Positions 12,937 through 27,827 of a DNA stretch of 64,000 bases are shown in pieces. This DNA comes from the human T2T-CHM13v2.0 reference genome, Homo sapiens, in the NCBI RefSeq assembly GCF_009914755.1, contig NC_060932.1; one strand, 5' to 3'. The position numbers were made by a program, and so were the translations under genes. Positions within the stretch are counted from its first letter, which is position 1, and every line of letters begins with the position of its first letter. The notes beneath the pieces were generated by a model, which saw nothing but the letters and a program-made list of their open reading frames with translations, had not been told where the DNA came from and did no database searches.

Positions 12937-14940
12937 AATTTTAATCAGAGCAAAAATGAACTCAAGTAGACTGCAGCGTTTTGTTTTCATGGTGATGCAA
13001 TTTTGGAGCAAAGGTGTTACTCTCTGACTGAGGTTTTGGGAGAATTGGGCCTGTGACACCAAGTCTATTTTACATAGAAGGACTCAGAACGAGCTTCCTG
13101 GAGAGGCCAGGTCCTGGAGCCGAGGCCACACTGCTGCTGCTTGTCTCTCCCTGGGCTCCCAGAAGAGCCACCAAGAGCTGCATGTTGGAAGCGTCTCATC
13201 CACCAGGAGACCTCACTTCAGCAGGGATGCTGCGTCTAGCTAGGGGAGCCCCTGTGAAACGTGTGGGTGCAGTGTGCAGTCTGCCCACCGGGATCCACAG
13301 GAAGGAAGACCAGGAGACAAAGTGTCATTGAAAAGAAGTTGAGTCACATTTCTAGCTCTGCCCCGGCTTCAGCTGTGGTCTGGTACCCCTTCAGATTTCC
13401 CAGCTCTAAAGTAAGGATACTTATTTGCCATCAGATCCCGTTTTTTAGAAATTATTGGATAAGGTAATAGGACTGAAAGCCTCAGTACTGACTTAATGTT
13501 TAGAGATCAAAGAGCGACCCTGTGCAGCAGACATCGGATTGCTAAGAAGATCATTAACATTTTTAAAAGTGATCATCCAGTTTACTTTCAAGGTCATTGG
13601 TATTTGAAATGTGTTAATTAGGAGAGGAAACTTTCATCTGTTGCTTTCAAAAAGCTTATACACTGAAGAGAGCACACAGCTGTTCTGTCACCTCACATTC
13701 ACACACTTCCGCCTCTTAGGTTTGAGCTCATGTTCTGCTTTCAGTCTTGTTGTGATGGGCAGAGAGAAAGTCGTTAAAGTATACTGTCCTTACCACATTC
13801 TCGAAACACACCATACACCCTGTACTTCAGGCAGAGTCACAGTGTGGGGCCAGAAGCTTCTGTAGGTAAGTAGGACTGAGAGAGAAAGTCCTGGTTACCT
13901 AATTCCTTTTCAGAGGCCTCATTTGTCCAGAGTAACAGCAGTTCTATCGGATTTCTAATAGGGCTGCTGTACAGCTTACCTGGACATAAACCAAAGGTTT
14001 TAAAATTATAACAGACTGCCTGAGGACAAGGCATGCGTGTCCCTTGGGATGGCTCTGTGACACACTGGAAAAATTTTAAAGGTTAAACCCAAAATAAATA
14101 CAGAAGTGGACCATGGGAAGAGAGACATAGGCTAACCAGGAAGGGAGCTCACAGAGGAGTAGATGGGCCTGGGAGTAGTGGGTGGACTACCTGAACTGCA
14201 GGGCTGTCCCCACCTCCCCTGTATCTGAGCAGTTGCTCATCAGCAGGGTGGGACTTCTGAAAACTAGATTTAAAAAAAAGCAAATCGTATTAAGCATCTG
14301 CATCACTATGCCCTGTAGGAAATAACTGAGAAAAAAGACACAAGGACTTCTGCTTTGGTGTCGGGTATGTTTTGAATACATAGAGTGTTGGGGGGTGTCT
14401 CGAGGGCAGTGCTGGGTATGGACCTCAGTGCGCACACAGCTCCTTAGGAGTCGCCCAGCAGCGAGACAGCTGTGGATCCCCTCCAGGCGCATGGGAGGCT
14501 CACAAGGCAAGGACTCTGATGGTTTTGGCTTCCACCTCCTGTACGGTGGCCAGTGCTGTGAGGGTGGTTGGTCCCACAGGGAAACCTGTGAACAGAGTCA
14601 TGTCTGGGGCCCCAGGGACATGGCTTCAACCCCTCACCTGGCAGTCCTGCCTCCCAAAAGTAAGGCAGGAGTCCGGAGATTCCCATTGCTTGCTTCTGTG
14701 AATCTCAGGTCACTTTAGCACTTGACCCCTGACCCCAGACTGCCTTGTCCTTGAGGCCTGGGATTCCTAAGGTATATACTGTCTGCTCCAGAGCTGTGGC
14801 TGTGGCTATCCGGAAAACGACAGCTTTGAAGGACTGCAGAGCTTGCCTTTGGGGCTGTTCTGCCCAAGGCCTTCCATTGTTTTCAGACATAAATGAAATT
14901 GTTAATCCTCTGACATTTACCTTTTCCTCTCAACCTGCAG

Positions 14941-15026
14941 CTCTGTGAAGGTCAGACTGTGAGGAGAAGCCACCCCTTGAGCGCTCCGTCTCCTGATAGT
15001 GCCAGCCTGGCCTGGTTTCCTGTTTG
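14941..15026 (+). CDS. RBPMS: RBPMS alternative cassette exon, 86 nt: LCEGQTVRRSHPLSAPSPDSASLAWFPV, with the stop completed at the junction (TG|A)
   Basis: ctgac branch, ccttttcctctcaacctgcag| acceptor and TTG|gtgagg donor; peptide recalled from an RBPMS isoform. Confidence 0.8.
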
Positions 15027-15055
15027 GTGAGGCTTTCTAGGAGCACCTGGCTTAG

Positions 15056-15575
<520 letters not shown>

Positions 15576-18500
15576 GGGGCGATTTCTATGCCTGCCTCCT
15601 GATGCAGGGCCTGTGCTCTGAGCTGCGCCTTTCAGGAGAGCTCTGCGGGGCTTCATTTCCTTTCTAAGCTCATGGCAAGAAATGTAGGGTGGAAAAGACA
15701 GGCTCTGGAACTCCCTGGCCAGACAGGAGCTCTGCCATTTACACGCTGTGCGACCTCAATTGAGCAAGTTTCTTAACCTCTCTGGGCTTCAGGAAAAGGG
15801 CCAATAATCCTTCACATAAACACTTAAGAGAATGCCCGGCATATTAGAAGGGCTTCATGTTTGCTTTAAAGGTAGCCCTTCCCAAGGATCTTTTAAGGGG
15901 CACTTGAATTTTCAGTAAGGAGAAGGAAGCCCAGGACTAAGCCTAAGCTACCCACAAGGCCGTGACAGTTAAGACACAGGATGGCCAGCACATGTGGATG
16001 ACACTAACAGGGGCTGCTAGAGACCTCACGGCTGGAGCCAAATGGAAGACTGGAAAGCATGAATGAATGACGGGAGTAAGATGAGGCATTGCAGTGAGAG
16101 CACCACCCACAGCACCGATTGACAGCACCTGCCCTGCTCCTGGCAGTGTGATCTTCACAGCTTACGCCAGCACTGGGAGAGCTTATCCAAAAGAGGGGCC
16201 TCCCCAAACCAGGCTGGACACGGCCACCGGAACCCCCTTCTGACAGGAAATACATCCGGGGTGGAGGGGGCTGGGCAGCTGAATCCCAGCGACGGAATGG
16301 CCCTTGCCCTCACGAGTTACTTTACACAAACCCGCTGTCCCTGACCTTTCCAGCTGCAGCCTTATCTCACTTTCCTATCGGAGAAACTGGAGAAAGAATC
16401 ACAGGTCACCCAGCCCATTCCTCCCTGGACTTTCTGGCACTTTCTTCCCACAGTCCTTCTGCTAGTATTCTCCTCAGCCTCATTTCCAGGCAATGGAGTT
16501 ACAGCTTGTACTTGGGGATATTGCTCTCTTCACAGTTCTGCCAGGAAACCCGAGAATCTGCCCCCGGCCAGGCAGATGCTCTCTCCCTGGTGACCCTCTC
16601 CACCTCTTCCGTCATTTGCAGTGAGAGAGACATCAGCATTTTGTCCTTCACCCTCTTTAGAAGCAGTCCTCCAAAACCATCCGTCCAGGGTGTTAGGGAG
16701 ACGTGTTCTTTTGTCCAGAACTGCTGCTGCTACTGAGGCCCAGGCCTCTCCATGTTGGGCAGTTTTAGGAGGAAATGCCGTTCAGAAACCAGAGTCGGTC
16801 CCCTAGTGTATGGCTGTGTGGCTTTGGCCAGGGTCACTCACCCCAAGGAGACTTCCGTAGAAATCACAGTATTATTCAGGATTGCCAGAACATCTCAACG
16901 TGGGCCTCCTCCTGACTGGGGGCACCATTACTCTCCATTACTCCATTACTCTCCATTTGGTACACTGTTTTCCAGGTTTCTAAGTGTGTTCCATGTTGTC
17001 CTTTGCGGAAGGTTAAACTCCCCAGATCCTACGCGCCTTCTCCCCTGTCCTTAATAGTAGTAAGAGCCCAACCCTGAGTCCCAACAAGTCGCACCTGGAA
17101 GTGCCGTCTGCGCTCGGCTCTTCCCTGGGATTAACAACCGCGTGGCCCAACTGTCACAGTCGGGTGCTGCTGAGCGCCTGGCACCTAACTGGGACTCAGT
17201 TTTTTAAATCAAACAAACCTGATTTTAATGACAGTTTCTACCCACTCTGCTAAATTTGGGATCCTAGGCAAGTTGGTTTTTAACTGCACGGAGCCTCAGT
17301 TTCCTCATCTATAAATGGGAAGAATGAACATCTCCATGGGTTTATTTTGCAGAAAACAGTAAGATGTTTGGCTTAAAGTCATAGTTATGATTAAAATAGT
17401 TCTTCCAATGCCTTCCCTTTGTCAGGATTCGATCTGGTGTGGCCCAGAGGCTCCTGAGCCCTCCCTGTAAGCTTGAGAAGCACTTAGGACACAGGGACTC
17501 CTGACCAGCACCCTGATAAGAGAAACCTAAGGGCCTGGGCTTTTTGCTTTGGTAAAGAAGAGAAACACCAGAGCCAGGGTGAGAATGGTCCGTGGCTGTG
17601 GCGTATACCGAGAGGAGGCCGTCTGGTTGGGTCAGCTGGGTGTGTACCCAAGGTTTTTTTCTTCTGTAGGCATAGGCACCCAGATGCCGTCCGGAAAGTA
17701 TGTGAACTCTAACTGCTTTGGAAACAAAACCAAGGCCACAGAGAAACTTTGGAATTATAAAATGTAGCCTTCATAAAAGGGGAGAGTGAACTTTTCTGTG
17801 AAGAAAACCAATTGTGACAGTAGGGGTAAAGGAAAATCAACTCCAAATGGAATCATGTTTTATTCAGGATTTGTGCTGCCGGTGGGGAAGGCCAGACCCA
17901 GCGACAGGATGGGAAAGTGGGACACCCCAACTTCAAGCTTTGTGCGTTCTGCCACGAAGTTCTATGCGCTTCACTGAGCTCAGCTCCTGGGGACCTCTAA
18001 TGGCCCTTGATAGCAAACATAGTTAAAAATTAACAGACTGACAGAATTAAATATGGATGACAAGCAACCACTGTGGACTTAATCTGACACAGGGTGTTAC
18101 ATGCTTGGGTGCTTTTAACCCAAGTGGCATCTCAAGTGAACTTCTGAGATGTCTGGGCACATTTCACATGCCTGTTTGGAAGCAGGGCTTAGCTTGTGCT
18201 TAGGACAGACAGGAAAAGAGTCTAAGAGCCCAGGAGAGAAAATTCTCCCTGGAGGCTTTTGTTTCATTAAACCCAGCTTTGATCAGGCTTACCAGGATGT
18301 ACTCACAGTCCTAGGACCTTGTCCTTGTGGTCTAGACCTTGTCCCTGCCTGGGCTCGGACCTCAGTAGCACCTGCCATCGTGACTGGAAGATCCGGCAAG
18401 AGCACAAGGCCAGCGGGGAGCATGGCCTCCTCCAGCTAGGACTTTCTTGCTCACCTCTTTTCCAGCTGTTGGGGCAGGTGAGATGGCAGCCTTAACCAAG

Positions 18501-19164
18501 GACCAAGTCATACAAATCTTGACATTCTGCCTAGATCATAGCGACTTAATTGCCCTAGGCAAGGACTATTAGGTGCCAGACAGGTAGTGAAGAATGCTGA
18601 TGGCGTTTTCATGCCTGAGTCTGCTGAGAAAGAGTATAGGCTGCCGATTCTGGGGGGCAGGGAGAAGAGGAGTGGTTCCTTTACAAGAGGGCCTCATTTC
18701 ATGCAGCAGCGAAATTCCCAAAAAGTGTTCTTCCAGTTTTGGTGAGTGCTTTTTTAGAAATGGAGGTGAGGGTTGCTGTTTAAAAGAATCTTGCAATCAG
18801 CGCTGTAAGGAAGACAATCTTTTTGTATTGCACATCATCCCTCCAGCCTATTCGATGAGTTTGGAGTTTCTTGGACCAGATTATGCTGGGCTTGGCAGCC
18901 TCTCTTCAGCCTGGCAGTCTCTGACAGAGCTTGCTGTAATGGCCTAACGTGCTTTATTTGGTGATGCCACCCAAAAGTGGATCCTGAGGTCTGGAGCGAG
19001 TAGGGCAGAGCTGATGGTAGGTAGTCACTGTGTGAGTGGTTCCCTGCAGTTGCTCAGTGTTGGGAACGAGCCCCACAGCGAACTTCAGCGCTCCATTCTA
19101 GGGAGAGTCATGGAAACCTGCCTGAGAATATCCATGCCTTCAAAACATTAACCCATTAGTTTGA

Positions 19165-19518
<354 letters not shown>

Positions 19519-19988
19519 AGCTACTGTTATTAACTATTTTGTTCAAAGAGGGATAGCTGACTTCTGAATGTGGTGCAGGGGAAACCTGCATTCAGGTACA
19601 GCATCTGCACTAGGGAAGGTGAGAGAAAATCTGTAGCTGCTCCATGTACATGAGACATCAGAGCACTAGCCGGTTTGGTGGTCTGTCTTCCAGCTCGAAG
19701 CATGCAAATGGCACAGCCCAGCCTCTTAGATCCACCAAATGCTACCACTGGAAGGGACCTTCCAGACCAGCATTTCTCAACACCCACAGGGATTCACAGC
19801 TGTTCCATAATCCAGAGATCCTGCAGTCAGATAAACTTGGGCAGCACAGGTCTAGATCAAGTCAAACAGGTTTCTTTATTTTGGAACTTCTTGGAGCCAT
19901 TACTGTGCCCACACATATCAAGAAACTGCTGAAGGGACCAAATTGTGCATTTCTCTCTAATGTCCTTGACATTAGAGCATTTCTAGAC

Positions 19989-20175
19989 CAGTGTTCTTCC
20001 AGCCATACTTTTCGAAACCTTAATTAAAAGCAGCATCTCTCAGACTTGACCATGTGCCTGGTGATCACCTGGGGGGCTGGTTACAGTGTCGTTTATTGGA
20101 TGCCTCTCCCAGAGTTTTGGCATTTCTGACAAGTTCCCAGGTGATGCCGTTGGTCCAGGAACCTGAGAACCACTG
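19989..20175. mobile_element. MER5-type hAT-Charlie DNA transposon remnant
   Basis: cagtgttct... and ...gagaaccactg termini; internal gcatttctgacaagttcccaggtgatgc. Confidence 0.65.
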
Positions 20176-23100
20176 GTCTAGGCTTACCCCTTCATTCCCC
20201 AGAGAAGAAAACAGTCCAACCAGAGAGTATTTGCTTTCAGTAGTGACTATTAATTGAGCCAGTCACCTGCTAAGCACTTTTCGTGACTCTTTCTAAGGGC
20301 AAGTATGATAGTGGGATTCAGCCCCTAGAAAGGGGATAGCGCAATGCAAATCATTACTGTAGAGTTTTACCCTGTGCCAGTCACTCACCACTGCAGAAGG
20401 GTTGGTACTTCAGGCAGGGCGTCCTCCCGAGACTAGTCAAGGTCTTCCTGTCCTTGGCATCAGTATTAGGAACATAAATTCTGTCTGTATTTAATCCTCT
20501 GGGCCTTCATTTTTCATCTATAAATGGAAGAGGATGGAAATTATTTTTATGGGTGGGTACCGCTTTCTCTAGCATTCCATTTGATTTTTACTCTGAGTTG
20601 CTTCTTTTTCTGGGTATCTTGGTGCTCTCCTGTTGTCCAATCTGTCACCATGCTGAGTGCTGGAGACTTACAGTGTTAGCCATGCAGGGGCACTGCATTT
20701 TCAGAGCATTCCTGAAGAAGAGGGATGGTAGAATCCCAAACAGTGTGGCCCTGGGTAGTGAACTGTAACATGGTAATAACTTACCACTATTGTTAAGTTC
20801 TAGTGGAGAAGATTCCCAGGGTCGTCCACGTTGCCTTAGATGTCACAGGCTGTGTGAAGTGCTTAGCGCGGTCTCTGACGCAGACTAAATGTCAGGGTCA
20901 GTTTGGTTAAGTATATTGTGTTAAAGTTTCTCACAGGGTCTTGAGAAGCCCCTGGAATTGTGTGCAAGACTGTGAGTGTGCACATTTGAGAGAGAGAACT
21001 ATGGGAGAAGAGAGAGAGGGTGTGTGTTTGTGTACACATACGTTTTCTGCACATGGCATGAAGAAATGTGAGGGGCCGCTGCCTTGCATGGAAGGCCAGC
21101 CCTTGTCACATTATTCTAATGGGGAGCCCTAAACTAGCCTGCTGAACTGTTTGGAGAGGACCTTGACGCAGGCAGTCTGGAGGGAACTGTAGGTTTCCCC
21201 GTTAAGAAGAATTGTAAAGCAGCCCTTATGGGATGGGCAGGAGTGACCTGGGGCCAAAAGCCCAGCAGAACAAGCAGCCCGAATGGGGCTAAGAGAGAAC
21301 CCTCTCCTCATTACCCCCACACAGTGATTAGCGCGGAGCAGCTTGTTCCCCCCCACCGGGCCGGCTGCCCGAACTCTGCTGTGCACCATGAGCCCTGCCG
21401 CTCTGCCGGCTGTGGTGCGGGAACCTGGATGAGCCGCTCAGACTTGGCCAGGGGGGCACTGCCCTCTGCTGGAAGCTGGGCGCAGCGGAGCCTCTCAGGC
21501 TGGAAGAGGAGGCAGCCGTGGGTGTCTGTGGATGCGGTGAGAAGAGCCCCCCACTTGGCAAGCACGTAGTGTCCTAGCCTGAGACACAAGAGCAATGAAT
21601 TCAGGGGTCTGTGTGTCCGCCACCCGCCACCACATCCACTCTGAGGAGCAGCCACCTATTGCATCACTGGCGTCCTCACTCCTCAGCTGAGCACAGCCTC
21701 CCCTGGACCCCACAGCTCGGAACCCGCCTTCATGTCACTCTGGAGTGCGCCTCGACCAGGCTGACGAGAGCCTGAAGACGGGCTGCACGCTCGTCCCCAA
21801 CCCTGCAGGCACCTGTGCGAGTGAGAACGTGAGGGCTGTGTGCGAGAGCTGGTCAGAGAGGCTGGGGCAGGGCTTCCTTCTCGCAGTCACCTGCACCGAA
21901 AGCAGAACCATGCCATCCACTGTGCAGCTCTCCTCCCCGGGCAGCCCTCCCCCTCCTGTGTCTCCTGTGAAACACCGTCACGTCTTGGCCTCGTCGGGGC
22001 TCAGCGCCCCAACCCACACCCAGGCCGCACCAGTCACACCACTGCGCTCCACACTGACCCAGTGCACACAGACCCATCACCCTCTACTGTGTGTTTAGGT
22101 GTCCAGCCCCCCACCTGCCATGGGGGCTCTGTGTCCCCGCCCCGTCCTTTCCCACCTGTCTCAGGAAGGCAGCTCCAACTCTGCTCTTTGCTTAGTGAGC
22201 AAGTGGATTCAGATGCACCAGGCCATGAGCCGTGGGTAGGTATGAGTTCTTTCTTCTCCCCACCTCTGCCCTCCCTCTCCTCCCCTAGACTCTTCTGTCC
22301 CCTTCCCTGCCCGCCCCTACCTCACCCCCATCTTCCCCACTCTTGCCCTCCTTCTTTTGTTCTGAACACACTTCTAATTTCCCAGAGGAGTGTTTTCTAG
22401 CCTTCCTGCCTGGGAAAAGTTTCTGACCCTTGTCCCTGTAATTGCAATGAGTGTTGGGAGTGACCCCAGCCCTGCCTTAAATGAGCTTTGGTACCTGCTG
22501 GTGGCCCTGAGGACAGCAACTTTGCCTTTCCCTGATACTGGGGACCCTGCTCTAGCTGGTCATCTGATCGCTGGTCATATCTGGCATGGTCGCCAGAAGA
22601 GACCCAATGCACAGGCAGCCTGACGGAGTCGTGGTGCAGGCAGAAGCTCCGGTATGTCCTAAGCCTGCGTTTCCTGACTCAGGCCAGCGAGGAAAGAACC
22701 GCTCGTGAGGAGGCCCATGGGGAGGAGGAGGTTCCCAGGCCGCCTTGTGCTCGGACCAGGGACAAGGTCGGGGTGCTGTGTCGGATTTCTCTAGGACCCA
22801 ATTTCTAGACATCCCTGCTTTTAGAATCAAGTTAGGGGATCTCGTGGGGCCTCATCCTGGATTCTGACCCCACTGGGCTCTGTGACCAAGGTCATTGAGA
22901 ATCCCCAGACTTCAGCTGGTGCCCACACCTGTAAAACAAGGAGATGAGGCAGGAGCTTTCCACCAGTCCCTTCAGAGCCCTGCGTTGTGCAGTGCTGCCT
23001 CCCAGACCCCCCTGCACCTCCATTTCAGCCAGAATGGCTCTTGCTTCATCACTAAGCTTTGGAGATCTCAGTAAGTCCTCCTCTGCCACCCTGCGGGAGG

Positions 23101-23319
23101 GCATCGCCTCACCTGGCCCCACAGGCCTCACCTTCTCCACTCCCAGCAGCACTTCTGGGCTGCTCATGGTGGTCATGGGGAGACCATGCCGCCTCCATGT
23201 GAAAGGAAGAGCAGTGGGAGGCGGGCATCTCTTGCCTGTGTCCAAAAACATGTCCAGTGATGGATGCCGTTAAAGACAAACGGCGCTTGCCCTTTTGGGT
23301 GTTTTTTGTTTTGTTTCTT

Positions 23320-23600
<281 letters not shown>

Positions 23601-24327
23601 ATTTTTTTTTTTCATGTTTTCCTTGGCATAGGACCTGGAATATGCTGCCAGGTGGGCAAAGTGTTGCTCAATGCACCTGTGTTTGCGGCTGGCCTTCCAC
23701 TTTAGAAAGCTAATGGAAGAGACAGGGCTGCTGGTCCCAGCTGGGAGGCTCCTTGCTGAAGGCTGTAGGCCCATCTCCTCAGTAGGGTGAACAGAGGGCC
23801 TGGGGTACCAGACACACACAGTGCCAAGAAGCTGGAACCCTTTTTTTAAAAGAACAGGAATAGAATCGCAAAGTAGTCCTGGCCAGGCCACTGGTGTGGA
23901 TGGGGTCGTGAACTGCCCCTTCCTTACCAAAGCAGCTATGTTTCCACACTCTGCTTAGAAAGCCATTAGATAGCCTTTCACCAGCCTAGGCCTGGGAAAA
24001 GGAATTCGCTGTGCCGGATCTTAGCCTCAAATGGCTGCTAACCTTTAAAAGGAGGATGAGAGCAGAGGAGTTGGTGGAACCTCGGGCACTTCTCGAGGTG
24101 GGTGCTTTCCTCAGAGAGCTTGCCTGTGTGTTCATAATGGTGTGTGGAACGCCTCTCAGGACACCGCTCTGATGCTTTTCAGCCCCTTGGGGAAGAGGCC
24201 CTCACAGGCTAGTGTGAGTGGGTACCATCTTGGAACAGTAGGGAAGTGGTAGCCAAGCAGGACCCTCCGTGAGAATGGGGATATGCTGGGGAGCCCTGGC
24301 TCACGGCCTTCTCCCATGTCTTTTCAG

Positions 24328-24390
24328 ATGCGCTGGCTCCCTCCCTCCGAGGCTACTTCTCAGGGCTGGAAGTCCCGTCAGTTCTGCTGA
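24328..24390 (+). CDS. RBPMS: RBPMS canonical C-terminal coding exon: [20 protein letters not shown]; the exon runs to 24397
   Basis: ttttcag|ATGCGCTGG...TTCTGCTGA atactat|gtaagt; the GWKSRQFC end is the hallmark RBPMS/Hermes C-terminus. Confidence 0.97.
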   Translation: MRWLPPSEATSQGWKSRQFC

Positions 24391-27300
24391 ATACTATGTA
24401 AGTACTCGCTTTCCTTTGGAATGTGCGAAGCCCCTAGAACACATCTGTACATGGTGGGTGCGCCATGAACGCAGCTCTCCTCCTTTCTCTGCACCCACAC
24501 CTTATGCACCTCCTTTGTCCATCTTTGTTAAACTCACTTGAACTACATAGCAGTGCATCTTTTCCGAGAGGAAATTTTCACCTAGGTACGGGTGCTAGTC
24601 TATTTGAGTCTAACTTAGGAAACCAGTACCTGGCCTCCCCACTTAAAAATAAGCAGTCAGTGCTAATTTCTGTAGAACAGCTGTCAGAACATTTTATTAC
24701 CTAATTGTAGTTCACCTGCTGCCAGCATTAAATCAAAACCTTAAGTTGCAGGAATAGTCATCCACTAATTTACACAGTAGTTGATTATGGGAGATTTATT
24801 AGAATGAGTTTCCCTGCATACATCATATCCAAAGTACTAATCGTTAAAAAATACCTCATTTTCCTACCAAAGGTGCAGTGCACAGTTCCAGCAGGCTTTC
24901 CTTTAAGGTTTTCATCATGAAGGAAGCACTATCCTAAATGGGCATTTTTATGCCATTTTAGGCCTAACGTTGCTTCAGAGAACTACCAAATGCCTTTTCT
25001 CCATTTCTACAAAATACCAAATGCCTTCTGTAATTCAGAAATTCTGAATTTCTGTTAAGTACAAGGCACTGTTCTTCTAAACTCTAATTTAGTATGTGAA
25101 TTTGGAGAGTCTACTTAGAGTTAAGTTTTTAGAATGTTTTAGTTCCACCATCAGTCTTCTCTTGGTTTACACAGTTCCTTCATGAAATAGGAAGAAAAAT
25201 GAGAAGAGGGAGGGGCCTGATCCTCATGCTGTTAGAAATGCTAAAGAGATCATGGCAAACCTGTGCACCTGATTTTACAATAGTGTCATGGGCCTTTCCT
25301 TGGAGACTTCTATTGTAAGATAAAAATACTTCCAAACTAAACTAGTGTTCTTTTCTTTTTGTACCATTAATACTGAGTCCATATGCTTTTGTTAGATCAT
25401 TTGAAGCCATTTAGATAGACTCTTCTGGAGAGGCATTCTGTGGAAAGAACAGGCCCCTGGTCAACTTAGATTCCACTTAATGGAGAAATGTTTCAGACCT
25501 CTCACAAGAAAAAGACACTAGAGCTGAACTCGCGCAGGTCAGTGCCTGTCAGTGAAGAAGAAAGAGAGCATTGAATAAGATTTTTAAAGAGTGCTAGGGT
25601 TTATTGTGCACAGGTAAGTTGCCCTGTTGACCTGAAGTCTCGGTTGGTGGGTCAGGTCACCTTCAAGATCTGGGAGGACTGCTGAGTGTGGACTTCATGT
25701 TTGAAGTTCTCATCACGCAGGAGGCCGGCCCTTTTGGATGAGCTCAGGTCCGAGTCAGAAGACCCCTTCTGTGTTCGCAAAGGAGAGGTCTCAGCAGACA
25801 GTAGAGAGATGAGTAATGGGCATGAGAGTGTCGGAAGCCCACAGACGATTCTCAGAGCAGCCAGTCATAGCCCAGCAGCCACCTGGCCATTCACGGCTCT
25901 TTCTCTGATGGCAGGGATAGGAAAGTTGAGAGAGAGCGCTCTGTGCTTTAGGACATCAGCATCAGGAAGCTAAAATTGTATCTACTCTTCCTCTAACCCA
26001 ATGTATTTCATATTTTAACTCAAATACTTCATATTCGAGTGTGGCCAAATAATAATAGTCCTCAGGGGCAATCGCAGGTGAAGTACACAAATCCTTCCAA
26101 GGTCAGTGAAACAAATTTCTTTACCCAAAGATTCTCAGAGCCTTTATTACCATATGAACATCATGAATATTTAAGAGGAGGGGGCTCTGGTACACGGTGT
26201 TCCTCAAGCTTACTTGAAACCAGGTCATCCTTTTTTCACAGAATCTTAGGAGACTAATGTTTCATGCCTGGGGGAACCATATCCTAACCTCTTAGCCAGA
26301 AACGAAACCAGAGGCCCCCATATATAGAGATCCTTGGATGAGTATTCATGTGTGATACTGCTCATTAATCTGTGATGATATTTAAAACCCCAGACAATGT
26401 AGTAGCTTTTCTTGTACTACTTGTTTGTCCCTTATTCTGAAATTACATGTCGTGTGTGTGCGCGCCTAAGTATCCTTTTTAAATGGTAGTGTTAGGAAAT
26501 GGTAATTGTCTCTTAAATGTCCTTTATTAACAATTCATGATAGATAAAATGTTCTTTTAAAATGTTTAATTATTTTGTGAATTCTAAAAGTTTGCTTTTT
26601 AGGAGAGATTTTTTTGCTCCAGGGAATACCATTCTTAAGCTATAAGACTATATCTGAGATATAGTCTAGGGTCTATGAAGTCCAGAATTTTGTAAGTCCA
26701 TGTTTCGTCTTCATATGCCCATAATTGACTTTTAAATACAGATCCCAAAGCCTTACTTATTTGGTTGCATAGGAACCTCCCCGTTACCATGGTGCCCAGC
26801 ACTGCCTTACAACTCCAGATGGCACTGAGCGGACCCTGCTGTGAGCAGCTCCCTATTCCATGACAGTGTGTTGAGCTCTCCATTGTCAGAGGCTGGTAGG
26901 GTGTTCAGCTAGAGGTGCCGAGGATGAGGTAACTGGAAATTCTGAAGCGCACAAGAGAAGGCATGGCTTGAAACACTGACCTGACCCTCAGCATAAACTG
27001 ACCGTTGAGGAAGTTGGTGAAACTGGAAGAGAGGCCCCTTGCCAAGCACATCTGAGAGCCAAGAGTCAGCAGAGAAAGAGCAGCCCCCAGAGAGTGGAGA
27101 GCGGGCTGGAGAAGCAGGGTGCGCCGGCCACTTCTGTCAGTCAGATGCTTCAGGAAAGTCAAGCATGGTGAGAGAAGACCTTCAACTTGGCAATTTCAGT
27201 TGGTAGAGAAGTGGGCAAAGGATGTTGGCCTGGGACCTAAGGAAGGGCTTTTTTCCCTTTAAGAATTTATGTAGGCCACAGAGAAGACATCCATTGTGAA

Positions 27301-27455
27301 GCAGTTGCGTGGGTTCCAGTGACAGAGATCCTGGGTTTCATTTGTATCTGCTCACCTAATTTTTTTCCAAATCATTTCTCACAGACCCTTCAGCAATGGC
27401 TACTAGAAGGACGAACAATTGCCCTCCTTTGGAAGTACGGCTAATAGAAGCCCTA

Positions 27456-27827
<372 letters not shown>

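Noticed and set aside
21840-22400. 186-aa ORF, the longest in the window
   Set aside because: Non-ATG start, GC-rich low-complexity sequence with few stops by chance, and no recognisable domain
24953-24962. Perfect CArG box CCATTTTAGG (SRF site) in a smooth-muscle gene
   Set aside because: A single 10-mer of this class is expected several times by chance in 64 kb, and there is no supporting context
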